64,000 bases of DNA from Gammaproteobacteria bacterium (GCA_965222155.1 CBDCTH010000012.1:2048001-2112000); one strand, 5' to 3'; numbered from the stretch's first letter, positions 49,911-59,234 are shown. Numbers and translations: made by a program. The notes: generated by a model not told the origin, from the sequence alone.

Positions 49911-50566
49911 GAGCCGTATCTTATCCGGATGAGGCGGTTTGTCAGCAAACCCTGGGATTCCCAGAGGCGCCGGACTTCCCGGTTCCGGCCTTCCATTATG
50001 ACTACGTGATACCAGTGATTCCTGCCCTTGCCTCCGCCATCCGTGATACTGGCAAAGCGGGCTATGCCATCCTCAAGCCGGACGCCTTTCAGCAGGGCAT
50101 TGAGCTGATCCTGGCGGGCCCGGCCTGATACGCGCACGGCATACTCACGTTGCACCTGGTTACGCGGGTGCATCAGGTCATTCGCCAGTGCGCCATTATC
50201 GGTAAACAGCAACAGGCCACTACTGTTGATGTCCAGGCGCCCGATACTGATCCAGCGCCCCCGATGCAGCTTCGGCAGGTTTGCAAAAACCGTCCTCCGA
50301 CCCTCAGGGTCTTTTACCGTACAAATTTCTCCTTCGGGTTTGTAATAGGCCAGCACCTTGGGACAGCCCCCTGCACTATCCACAGGTAGAGGATTTAACC
50401 GGATCCTGCGCCGGTCGATTATTACCTGGTCGGTCGTCCTGATCTTGTCCCCCGGTTTTGCGACATATCCGTTAACGCGCACACGCCCCGCCTTGATCAG
50501 GCTGTCTATGTGACGCCGCGAACCCACTCCCTCGGCAGCCAGGACCTTCTGAATACGGTCAGACAC
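49829..50566 (-). CDS. rluB: 23S rRNA pseudouridine synthase
   Basis: S4 domain (RIQKVLA..GVGSRR), GRLDINSSGLLL, EGRNREVRR. Confidence 0.92.
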   Translation of the reverse strand: MSDRIQKVLAAEGVGSRRHIDSLIKAGRVRVNGYVAKPGDKIRTTDQVIIDRRRIRLNPLPVDSAGGCPKVLAYYKPEGEICTVKDPEGRRTVFANLPKLHRGRWISIGRLDINSSGLLLFTDNGALANDLMHPRNQVQREYAVRVSGRARQDQLNALLKGVRLEDGIARFASITDGGGKGRNHWYHVVIMEGRNREVRRLWESQGLLTNRLIRIRYGSYNLPRIKRPGQCWELKPEDIDALLPK

Positions 50567-50766
50567 TGGTTTACAAACCTCTCAATCTACTCATCAGTAA
50601 AAGCACAATTAATAGCTGAATAATATCCCACAGGTACACTCCCAATATGAAATCGATGTCGAACCTCCGACTACAGGTATACCAGAAAACCAGTGTTCAC
50701 CGAAGAAATATCCTGTCCTGCAGAAAATACGGTACTGCCGGAACCGTTTCAAAACCATGCATTTCT

Positions 50767-50945
50767 CAGGTGCTCCCGCTAACCCGAGGTCAATACAGTG
50801 ATTATTGCCGAAGGCAGGGGGGACAGATTTAAATCTGTCCCCCAAGTTCCTGACCATAAGGGAGCGTATTTCCTTGGGAGGGAGAGCGTCTCGCCCTCCA
50901 CGAGGGCAGGATGCCCTCGATCCCGGGAGTTAGCCGGAACTGCTG
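50767..50945 (-). mobile_element. ~176-bp MITE copy 3
   Basis: CAGGTGCTCCCGCTAA / TTAGCCGGAACTGCTG; perfect TSD tgcatttct (50758-50766, 50946-50954). Confidence 0.92.
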
Positions 50946-50953
50946 TGCATTTC

Positions 50954-50991
50954 TTATACAAATTGTAATTTATAGTTACAATTTGTATAAT
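50954..50991. promoter_or_regulatory. Operator-like inverted repeat overlapping TATAAT
   Basis: Perfect 15-bp IR ttatacaaattgtaa-N7-ttacaatttgtataa just before ATG 51002. Confidence 0.7.
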
Positions 50992-51001
50992 TATTTCTGC
51001 C

Positions 51002-52192
51002 ATGAAAAAAACTGCCTTTATTGATAGAACAGTTGAAATAACACTCAATCGGCTTGCTGCGTCATTTCCAGTGGTTGGCGTTACCGGCCCACGTCAGGCA
51101 GGTAAAACCACCCTGGCCCGGCACTGTTTTCCAAAAAAACCCTATGTTTCGTTAGAGGATCCAGACTACCTCGACTTCGCGCATACTGACCCGCGCCGAT
51201 TTCTGGGGCAATTTCCACAAGGTGCGATACTGGATGAAGTACAACGCTGCCCGGAATTGTTCTCCTACTTACAACTTATTGTCGATGAAGCCCGACAAAT
51301 GGGACAGTTCATCTTAACCGGTTCTCAACAATTTGGTTTTCGCGCCAAAATCAGCCAAACCCTCGCAGGCCGTATCGGTTTGATTCATCTCTTACCATTT
51401 TCGTTCACAGAGCTGCGTACTGCAGGTGTGGAACCAAAATCACTCGATGACCTCGTTTATAAAGGCTTCTATCCACCAGTTTACGACCGGAACATCCATC
51501 CTTCTGACTGGTATGGGTCTTATGTCCAAACCTATGTTGAACGGGATGTTCAGCAACTTGTCAAAGTCAAAGACCTTAATGCCTTTCGCACCTTTTTACG
51601 AATTTGCGCAGGTAGAGCGGGACAAATAATTAACTTGAGCAGTATGGGAAATGACTGCGGGCTTTCCCATAACACCGTGAAGGAGTGGCTGTCTGTATTG
51701 GAGGCCAGCTATATCACGTTTCAACTACGGCCACACTACAAAAATTTTTCGAAACGATTAATAAAAAGCCCCAAACTGTATTTTTATGATAGCGGCCTTT
51801 TGGCATGGCTGCTGGGTATTAAAGGCTCCAGTCAAATAATCATGCATGCGCTGCGCGGCGCACTTTTCGAGAACTTTATCATCAGTGAACTGGTGAAATA
51901 CCAGTACGCCAAAGGCGAACCGGCAAACATCTCTACGTGGCGGGACAATAATGGTCTGGAAATTGATGTAATTATCGACCAGGACAGCAGGTTAATACCA
52001 CTGGAAATCAAGGCGGGTCAGACTATCAACAGAGATTTTTTTAAGAACCTGAGAAAATGGCTGAAACTGGCCGGAGACGAGGCAGCACAGGCATTTTTGA
52101 TTTATGGAGGCGACCAGGATCAGGATAGAGGTGATATCAACGTGCTATCCTGGCGCCACCTGGAAAAATTGCACGAATGGCTTACCGATTAA
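51002..52192 (+). CDS. AAA+ ATPase (AAA_14) with DUF4143 and C-terminal PD-(D/E)XK-like domain
   Basis: GPRQAGKTT, LDEVQ, LTGS, KSPKLYFYDSGL, EID...LEIK. Confidence 0.93.
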   Translation: MKKTAFIDRTVEITLNRLAASFPVVGVTGPRQAGKTTLARHCFPKKPYVSLEDPDYLDFAHTDPRRFLGQFPQGAILDEVQRCPELFSYLQLIVDEARQMGQFILTGSQQFGFRAKISQTLAGRIGLIHLLPFSFTELRTAGVEPKSLDDLVYKGFYPPVYDRNIHPSDWYGSYVQTYVERDVQQLVKVKDLNAFRTFLRICAGRAGQIINLSSMGNDCGLSHNTVKEWLSVLEASYITFQLRPHYKNFSKRLIKSPKLYFYDSGLLAWLLGIKGSSQIIMHALRGALFENFIISELVKYQYAKGEPANISTWRDNNGLEIDVIIDQDSRLIPLEIKAGQTINRDFFKNLRKWLKLAGDEAAQAFLIYGGDQDQDRGDINVLSWRHLEKLHEWLTD

Positions 52193-52239
52193 AAGTCGTT
52201 CATACGCAGCTATCAGCATCATCTCCCGAGAAATCCGGG

Positions 52240-52920
52240 CTAACCGCTACCGGGCTGGCTGGAAAAAGGAACAACGTTATTTTCCTCAAAGGCGCCTTTA
52301 GCGGAATCTGCTTCCGTATCCTGCCGGGAAGACTGAATCTCAATGGCAGGAGCCTGTTCAAGGTTCCCAAACAAGTCAGGCTCCAGTTGGTCGATGTCCT
52401 TCACCTCACCCAAAGAAGGCAATTCCGATAATTCCTTCAGGTTGAAATAATCAAGAAACTGCCTGGTGGTTGCCAGTAATTCCGGATGACCGGGCACATC
52501 CCGGTGACCCACTACTCTTATCCATTCACGTTCCAGCAGGGTGCGGATGATGCCGGTACTGAGGCTGACGCCGCGTATATCTTCAATTTCGCCCCGGGTG
52601 ACCGGTTGCTGGTAGGCAATAATAGCCAGAGTTTCCAGCAGCGCCTGGGAATATCGCTGGGGTTTTTCATCATACAGCCGGTTTATCCATCCGGCAAAAT
52701 CCGAACGGGCCTGAAAACGGAAACCACTGGCAACTTCCTTGAGTTCTATGCCGCGTTCGGCATAATCCTCCCGCAACTCATTCAACGCTTTCCTGACTTC
52801 ATTACGGTCGGGTTTCTCCAGGTCATCCTCGAACATGGATAACAGGTCGCTGACACTCAGCGGTTGGGCCAGCACCATCAGCGCGGCTTCCACAATCTTT
52901 TTCAACTCTGCGTGATTCAT
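52240..52920 (-). CDS. scpB: SMC-Scp complex subunit ScpB
   Basis: LETLAIIAYQQPVTRGEIEDIRGV, FLDYFNL..L.ELP. Confidence 0.96.
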   Translation of the reverse strand: MNHAELKKIVEAALMVLAQPLSVSDLLSMFEDDLEKPDRNEVRKALNELREDYAERGIELKEVASGFRFQARSDFAGWINRLYDEKPQRYSQALLETLAIIAYQQPVTRGEIEDIRGVSLSTGIIRTLLEREWIRVVGHRDVPGHPELLATTRQFLDYFNLKELSELPSLGEVKDIDQLEPDLFGNLEQAPAIEIQSSRQDTEADSAKGAFEENNVVPFSSQPGSG

Positions 52921-53732
52921 ACCACTGCCTTGATGTAGATCGGGCCATTGGCTTCGTTCTGCACCATATCAATCAGGGCTTCTTTTGCCAGTTCCAGTAT
53001 TGCCAGCAAGACCACGATGACGCCTGCCTTGCCCTCTTCCATGACAAACAACTCCTTGAAATCGGTAAAATCGTCAGCGCTGATTCTGTCCAGTATGGAC
53101 ACCATGCGTTCCCTGACTGATAAGGGTTCGCGCTGGATATGATGGTGGGAAAACACTTCGGCGCGCTGCAAGACCTCCGCAAACGTCTGCAAAATGGCAT
53201 CCAGTGACACTTCAGGCGGCCGGCTGCGAATACTTTTATCAGGAAAATCAATAATAGCTGCAAAGCAGTCACGACCAAGGCGCGGCAACTCATCGACATC
53301 CTGTGCCGCCTGTTTATAAATTTCGTATTCCTGCAAGCGGCGCACCAGCTGCGCGCGCGGGTCTTCCTCTTCCTCATCCGGTTTGAGGCGCGGCAGCAGC
53401 ATCCTCGATTTGATCTCGGCCAGCATAGCCGCCATAACCAGATATTCCCCGGCCAGTTCCAGGTGTAGTTCCTCCATCAATTCGATGTAACGCATATATT
53501 GTTCCGTTACCTTGGCAATAGGGATGTCGAGGATGTCCAGGTTCTGGCGTCTGATCAGGTATAGCAACAAGTCAAGCGGGCCGGCGAATGCCTCAAGGAA
53601 TACCTCCAGGGCGTCCGGCGGGATATACAGGTCTTTGGGAATCTCACTCAGCGGAACACCTTGCACTACGGCAAAGGGCATCTCCTCCTGCCTGGCATTA
53701 CCCTGCTGCTGATTTGCCGGTTGGTTAACCAT
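52917..53732 (-). CDS. scpA: Segregation/condensation protein A
   Basis: FAGPLDLLLYLI, EIKSRMLLP, DPRAQLVRRL, LAILEL. Confidence 0.95.
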   Translation of the reverse strand: MVNQPANQQQGNARQEEMPFAVVQGVPLSEIPKDLYIPPDALEVFLEAFAGPLDLLLYLIRRQNLDILDIPIAKVTEQYMRYIELMEELHLELAGEYLVMAAMLAEIKSRMLLPRLKPDEEEEDPRAQLVRRLQEYEIYKQAAQDVDELPRLGRDCFAAIIDFPDKSIRSRPPEVSLDAILQTFAEVLQRAEVFSHHHIQREPLSVRERMVSILDRISADDFTDFKELFVMEEGKAGVIVVLLAILELAKEALIDMVQNEANGPIYIKAVV

Positions 53733-54936
53733 AATCCAGTCCCATGGCCTCGCGCACCTCTGCCAGGGTTTCCCGGGCCATATCCCGTGCAGACTCGCAA
53801 CCCTCGTTAATGATAGCCCGCACCGTTTCCGGATCATTAATGTACTCGTCGGCTCGCTCCTTGATAGGCGCCTGCTCCTTAATAATGGCGTCTATCAGGG
53901 GTTTTTTACAATCCAGGCAACCTATCCCGGCACTGCGGCAACCTTCCTGCACCCAACTCTTGAGATCCGCATCGGAATAGACCTTATGCAGGTCCCAAAC
54001 GGGACATTTCTCCGGGTCGCCCGGATCGTTACGCCTTATCCGGGCAGGATCAGTGGGCATGGTTCTCACCTTGTCTTCTACACTGCCAGCATTTTCCCGC
54101 AGTGAAATAGTGTTATTGTATGATTTGGACATCTTCTGCCCATCCATACCCGGCATTTTCGGCGCTTCGGTCAGCAGCGCCCGGGGTTCGGGAAAGATCA
54201 TTTTCCCGCCACCTTCCAGGAATCCGTCCAGGCGCTCGCGATCACCGATACTGATATTCTGCTGCGTTTCTACCAGGGCCCTGGCTTTTTCCAGCGCCTG
54301 TACGTCTCCTTGTTCCTGGTATTTCCTTAACAGGTCAAAATACATCCTGTTGTTCTTTTTGCCCATTTTCCTGGCGGCCTTCTCCGCCTTTTTTTCAAAT
54401 CCGGGATCGCGTCCGTACAGATAATTGAAGCGCCGGGCCACCTCGCGGGCCATTTCCACGTGAGCAACCTGGTCCTCACCCACCGGGACGTAGCTGGCCT
54501 TGAATATGATGATATCGGCGGTTTGCAACAGCGGATAACCCAGGAAACCATACGTGGTCAGGTCTTTGTCGCGCAGGCGTTCCTGTTGTTCCTTATAGGA
54601 AGGGACCCGCTCAAGCCAGCTTAGCGGGGTGATCATGGACAGCAACAGGTGCAGTTCCGCGTGTTCCGGGATGCGTGATTGTATGTACAATTTCGCCGAA
54701 CCGGGATTGATGCCGACCGCCAGCCAATCGATGATCATCTCCCAGACGTTTTTCTCGACCTTACCAGGCGCTTCATACTCCGTCGTTAAGGCATGCCAGT
54801 CAACGACGCTGTAAAAACATTCATATTCGTTTTGCAACCTGACCCAGTTTTTCAATACGCCATGATAGTGACCAAGATGCAGGGCGCCGGTCGGCCTCAT
54901 ACCGGACATCACTCGCTGGTTAGCTGAACTTGCCAA
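53725..54936 (-). CDS. trpS: Tryptophan--tRNA ligase
   Basis: SGMRPTG, HLGH, VPVGEDQ, KMSKS. Confidence 0.98.
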   Translation of the reverse strand: MASSANQRVMSGMRPTGALHLGHYHGVLKNWVRLQNEYECFYSVVDWHALTTEYEAPGKVEKNVWEMIIDWLAVGINPGSAKLYIQSRIPEHAELHLLLSMITPLSWLERVPSYKEQQERLRDKDLTTYGFLGYPLLQTADIIIFKASYVPVGEDQVAHVEMAREVARRFNYLYGRDPGFEKKAEKAARKMGKKNNRMYFDLLRKYQEQGDVQALEKARALVETQQNISIGDRERLDGFLEGGGKMIFPEPRALLTEAPKMPGMDGQKMSKSYNNTISLRENAGSVEDKVRTMPTDPARIRRNDPGDPEKCPVWDLHKVYSDADLKSWVQEGCRSAGIGCLDCKKPLIDAIIKEQAPIKERADEYINDPETVRAIINEGCESARDMARETLAEVREAMGLDYG

Positions 54937-54977
54937 TATTATCCCCTTATTATGTTGTTTATCCGCAGATTTGTTTT

Positions 54978-55098
54978 GCCACAGAGGGCACAGAGAGAAT
55001 CGAGTTTCTTTTTAATGTATGTGCAACCTGCATGTAACAATCCATCTTTCCTGTGATTTATATTGTTTTTTCTCTGTGCCCTCTGTGCTCTCTGTGGC
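54978..55098. repeat. CACAGAG-periodic MITE-like element, copy E
   Basis: gccacagagggcacagag ... ctctgtgccctctgtgctctctgtggc; internal aacctgcatgt. Confidence 0.85.
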
Positions 55099-55107
55099 AC
55101 AAACAGA

Positions 55108-55737
55108 TTATTCACTACCGGGGATATCCTGTAAATCCCCGCGGCCCTGGCGGACGACTTCAACTGATTCCGAAGTCAGGTCAATGACCGTGGTCAATCC
55201 CATTCCACAGGGACCGGCGTCAATTACCAGGTCAACCTCCTGACCCAGCTTAGTGCTGATGACTTCGGCATCAGTCTCCGGTGATTCATTGTCCGGCAAG
55301 ATAAGGCTGGTGCTCAATATCGGTTCTGCGACCAGTTCCAGCAACGCCAGCAGCGTTTCGTGTGCCGGGATTCTTAATCCGATCGTCTTTTTTTTCGGAT
55401 GTTGAATATACCGGGGCACCTGGTGGGACGCCGGTAATAAAAACGTATACGGTCCGGGCGTCAGGCGTTTTATCAACCGGAAGGCCGTATTATCTGTTTT
55501 GGCCAACGCCCCCACTGTCGTCATGGACGAACATAATAATGTAAAATTGTGTTTATGGTTTAACCGGCGTATGGAAAGTATTCTTTCAAAGGCGCTTTTG
55601 CTGCCCGGCAGGCAGCCCAGGGCAAAACAGGAGTCGGTGGGATAGACAATTACGCCACCCTGCTGCAGAATATGTACGGCCTGGTTTAATAAACGCACTT
55701 GTGGATTTTCAGGGTGGATTTTAAAATACTGGGCCAT
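55108..55737 (-). CDS. yciO: Sua5/YciO/YrdC family protein
   Basis: IHPENPQ, YPTDS, TPGPYTF, KKTIGLRIP. Confidence 0.9.
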   Translation of the reverse strand: MAQYFKIHPENPQVRLLNQAVHILQQGGVIVYPTDSCFALGCLPGSKSAFERILSIRRLNHKHNFTLLCSSMTTVGALAKTDNTAFRLIKRLTPGPYTFLLPASHQVPRYIQHPKKKTIGLRIPAHETLLALLELVAEPILSTSLILPDNESPETDAEVISTKLGQEVDLVIDAGPCGMGLTTVIDLTSESVEVVRQGRGDLQDIPGSE

Positions 55738-55771
55738 ATACTCACTATCATATTACTTCTGGCCCGACAAT

Positions 55772-56335
55772 ATGAAATTTTTCCTGGATTTTTTGCCCGG
55801 ACTGGCTTTCCTGGTCGCACTGTTTATCCCCGAAAGCCGGCAAGAGGGATTATACCTGGCGACTAAAGTCCTGATAGCGACGTCGTTTTTGCAGATAATC
55901 CTGGGCTGGCTCCTTACTAAAAAGATTGAAAAACAGTACGTCGTTATTTTCCTGGTGGTACTGGTTTTAGGCAGCGCGACCTTACTGCTCAAGGATGAGA
56001 TGTTTATCAAATGGAAACCGACCATCGTGTTCTGGATCTTCTCTCTGTCCTTCCTGGCAAGTGATTACATCGGCAGTCGTAACCTGTCAGCGCGGTTAAT
56101 GGGGCAAGTGTTCAACGCACCGCAAAATGTCTGGAGTCGGGTCAACCTGTCCTTTGTAGGATTCTTCCTGTTATGTGGCGCAATCAACTTATTTGTCGCC
56201 TATAACTTCAGCACTGAGACCTGGGCAATGTTCAAACTGTTCGGTTTCCTGTTGTTGAATATAATTTACTTGACAGGCGTCGCTATCTTCCTGTCCCGTT
56301 ACGCGATAGAGCAACCACAGGCCGGCAAGAAATAA
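55772..56335 (+). CDS. yciB: Inner membrane protein YciB (IspZ)
   Basis: MKFFLDF, FIKWKPTI, NLFVAYNFS..TW..FKLFG. Confidence 0.92.
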   Translation: MKFFLDFLPGLAFLVALFIPESRQEGLYLATKVLIATSFLQIILGWLLTKKIEKQYVVIFLVVLVLGSATLLLKDEMFIKWKPTIVFWIFSLSFLASDYIGSRNLSARLMGQVFNAPQNVWSRVNLSFVGFFLLCGAINLFVAYNFSTETWAMFKLFGFLLLNIIYLTGVAIFLSRYAIEQPQAGKK

Positions 56336-56336
56336 C

Positions 56337-56624
56337 ATGGACAGACTTGAAACCATCAGATCGAAACTGCATCAGGCCCTGGCGCCTGAACGCCTGGAAA
56401 TAACGGATGATTCTCACCTGCACGTCGGACATGCCGGCGCCGCCGCCGGGGGCGGACACTTTTCCGTCAGGATCATAAGTTCCCAATTCCAGGGTCGTTC
56501 CACCCTGGAGCGGCACCGCCTGGTGTACCAGGCAGTCGACGACATGATGCCCGCAGAAATCCACGCATTGAGTATCCAGGCGCGTACTCCGGAAGAACAG
56601 ACATCAGCAGCCGGCCAGACATAA
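56337..56624 (+). CDS. bolA: BolA family protein
   Basis: DDSHLHVGH, GHF, RHRLVY, IHALSI. Confidence 0.92.
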   Translation: MDRLETIRSKLHQALAPERLEITDDSHLHVGHAGAAAGGGHFSVRIISSQFQGRSTLERHRLVYQAVDDMMPAEIHALSIQARTPEEQTSAAGQT

Positions 56625-57433
56625 GGCCATTTTTGAAATGGCCCGGGGGGAAATACCGGCTCCTGTCGAAAATACGCCGCGCCCTGCATCCGGGGAAACG
56701 GTTGATTGAACCGTTTGTCGGTTCCGGCGCGGTATTCCTCAATACCGATTACGCCACCTACCTGCTGGCGGATGCCAACCCTGACCTGATTGGCCTATAC
56801 CAACAGTTAATTGAGGAAGGCCCCTCTTTCATCAGCTATTGCCGTTTTTTTTTTGATGGCAGGCACAACAACGGGGAAAATTATTACGCCTATCGTGACG
56901 AATTTAATGAAACCCGTAATGCCAGAAGGAAATCGGCGCTTTTTCTGTACCTGAACCGGCACGGTTATAATGGTTTATGCCGCTACAATGGCAAGGGCGG
57001 GTTCAATACGCCGTTTGGCCGCTATGACAAGCCCTATTTCCCCGAAAAAGAAATGCAGGCCTTTGCCGCACGCGCGCAAAGCACCACGCTGCTGCAAGCC
57101 CATTTTGACGAGAGCATGGCAAGGGCGCAGCCCGGCGATGCGGTCTATTGCGACCCGCCGTATGTCCCCTTATCGGAAACCGCGCACTTTACCGACTACC
57201 ACACGGCAGGTTTTAGCTGGGATGATCAGGTACGTCTGGCAAACTTTGCCTGTGAACTGGCGGGCAACCGGATTCAGGTTGTCATCTCAAACCACGATAC
57301 CAGGCAGACGCGGGAGTTATATGCCGGGAGAAAGGCAAAAATTTCCCGCTTCAAAGTCAGGAGATACATCAGCAGCGACGGGAACAACCGCGGGGAAGTC
57401 GGCGAACTGCTTGCGGTGTTCAACCCCCGGTAA
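56621..57433 (+). CDS. dam: DNA adenine methylase (start uncertain: ATA 56621 or TTG 56633)
   Basis: RPFLKWPGGK, EPFVGSGAV, NGLCRYN, DPPY. Confidence 0.92.
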   Translation: MRPFLKWPGGKYRLLSKIRRALHPGKRLIEPFVGSGAVFLNTDYATYLLADANPDLIGLYQQLIEEGPSFISYCRFFFDGRHNNGENYYAYRDEFNETRNARRKSALFLYLNRHGYNGLCRYNGKGGFNTPFGRYDKPYFPEKEMQAFAARAQSTTLLQAHFDESMARAQPGDAVYCDPPYVPLSETAHFTDYHTAGFSWDDQVRLANFACELAGNRIQVVISNHDTRQTRELYAGRKAKISRFKVRRYISSDGNNRGEVGELLAVFNPR

Positions 57434-57467
57434 GCAGGTACTGTCACCTGCCTCCCTGCCTCCCGAC

Positions 57468-57644
57468 CAGTAGTTCCCGCTAACTCCCGGGCACGAGGGC
57501 ATCCTGCCCTCGTGGAGGGCGAGACGCCCTCACTGCCAGAGAAGCAGGCCCCGTGACTCCTCGGGGACAGATTTAAATCTGTCCCCTCTGTTTTCGAATC
57601 CGGCAAAAATCACTGTATTGACCTCGATTTAGCGGGAGCATCTA
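57468..57644 (+). mobile_element. ~176-bp MITE copy 4
   Basis: CAGTAGTTCCCGCTAA / TTAGCGGGAGCATCTA; degenerate TSD cctcccgac / cctcccagc. Confidence 0.88.
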
Positions 57645-57757
57645 CCTCCCAGCTATTGATCATAACGGCGGTAATTGGTAGATTAGACGCTGTTCCCCGG
57701 GGAAAAACTCAAAACAGCATACTGAAATACCAGCGCCTCCATTCTCCTGATAGCTTC

Positions 57758-59224
57758 ATGACAAAAACAGACACTGCCTCCTGGGTCGGAAAAACCTTCG
57801 ACGATTTCCTGTTTCGCCCGCAAAAAGGGCTGACCGAAACACGCCGTGATATTAACCTGTCCACGGTTATGACCAATGACATCTCATTGGAACTGCCCAT
57901 TGTCTCGTCCAATATGGATAGCGTGACCGGCGCGGATATGGCCAGGGCCATGGCGATGGAAGGGGGCATTGGCGTTATCCATCGCGCCATGACTATAGAG
58001 AGACAGGCGCGCAAGGTGGCCCAGATTAAACGCAGCCAGAGCGCGGTCATCAAAAACCCTTTATGCCTGCCGTCGGGCGCTACCATTAAGCAAGCCAGGA
58101 AGTTTGCCAAGAACCATGCGATTACCGGCATTCTTATCGAGACGGAACCCGGCAGCGGTATCCTGGCCGGACTCCTGTCGCAACGGGATATGCCCTGGAA
58201 CGGTGACCACGATGGAGAACCGGTTGATCGTTTTATGACGCCTTTCGACCGGCTCGCAGTCGATAAGCCTGACATTTCCATCGAACAGGCCTCAAAAATC
58301 CTGTTTGAAAATCGCATTGAACGCCTGCCGCTGGTCGATGCAGACCGGCGCATCCATGGTTTGATCACGCGCCGGGATATTTTTTCCCTGCGAGAACGCC
58401 CCTACTCCAGTAAAGATGATAAGGGACGCCTGCTGGTGGGCGCGGCCATCGGCGCGCGGGGTGATTACCTGGACCGTTCCGCGGCACTGCTGGAGGCCGG
58501 TGCGGACTGCCTGTTCATAGATATTGCCCACGGCCATTCAACCGTGATGGAAGATGCCGTTGAAAAATTTCGCCAACGGTTCGCTGGCGTGCCGCTTGTC
58601 TGCGGCAACGTAGCCACTGCGGAAGGCGCGCAATTCATGCGGGATATCGGCGCCGATGCGGTTAAGGTCGGTGTGGGTCCCGGGAGCGGTTGCCGCACTC
58701 GCCTGGAAACCGCAGCTGGCGTGCCGCAGTTACAAGCGATACGTGAAACCTGGCAGGCTCTGGGTGATTCGATCCCGATTATGGCCGACGGCGGCATCAA
58801 GACGGACAAGGATATCTTTCTCGCCCTGGTATGCGGCGCAACAACGGTCATGCTGGGCAGCGCATTGTCCGGCACCGACGAGGCGCCCGGCCGAGTCATC
58901 GAAGATCCCGTCACCCATACCAAAAAGAAGATCTATCGCGGCATGACCTCCCCGGAAGCGGTGTTCGAATCTCTGTACGATCCGGAGAATGCCGAAGCTA
59001 CGGATGCGGCCCTGGATACCCCGCCCGAAGGCCAGGAAATACAGGTGCCCTATAAAGGCAGCGTCGGGGATATACTGCATCGTATCCGCGGCCACCTCCG
59101 CTCATCCATCAGCTATGCCGGCGAAGCCTCCTTGCAAGCAGCGCGCACAAAGATTCTGAACAACCCGGAAAAGTACCTGATACCCCTGTCGGAATCCTCC
59201 CGCAGGGAGTCCTACGAACGCTGA
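57758..59224 (+). CDS. IMP dehydrogenase/GMP reductase family protein with CBS domains (GuaB-like)
   Basis: TFDD, SSNMDSVT, DIAHGHS, GNVAT, VGVGPGSGCRTR, ADGGI, YRGM; atypical flap. Confidence 0.9.
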   Translation: MTKTDTASWVGKTFDDFLFRPQKGLTETRRDINLSTVMTNDISLELPIVSSNMDSVTGADMARAMAMEGGIGVIHRAMTIERQARKVAQIKRSQSAVIKNPLCLPSGATIKQARKFAKNHAITGILIETEPGSGILAGLLSQRDMPWNGDHDGEPVDRFMTPFDRLAVDKPDISIEQASKILFENRIERLPLVDADRRIHGLITRRDIFSLRERPYSSKDDKGRLLVGAAIGARGDYLDRSAALLEAGADCLFIDIAHGHSTVMEDAVEKFRQRFAGVPLVCGNVATAEGAQFMRDIGADAVKVGVGPGSGCRTRLETAAGVPQLQAIRETWQALGDSIPIMADGGIKTDKDIFLALVCGATTVMLGSALSGTDEAPGRVIEDPVTHTKKKIYRGMTSPEAVFESLYDPENAEATDAALDTPPEGQEIQVPYKGSVGDILHRIRGHLRSSISYAGEASLQAARTKILNNPEKYLIPLSESSRRESYER

Positions 59225-59234
59225 TAATTACAAC

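Noticed and set aside
44169-50945. MITE copies 2 and 3 as ends of a composite transposon or as the cause of synteny breaks
   Set aside because: Each copy retains its own matched 9-bp TSD, so they inserted independently without inter-copy recombination.
54200-54420. Helical insertion in TrpRS
   Set aside because: Recalled as a common feature of a beta/gammaproteobacterial TrpRS subfamily; no repeat DNA visible.
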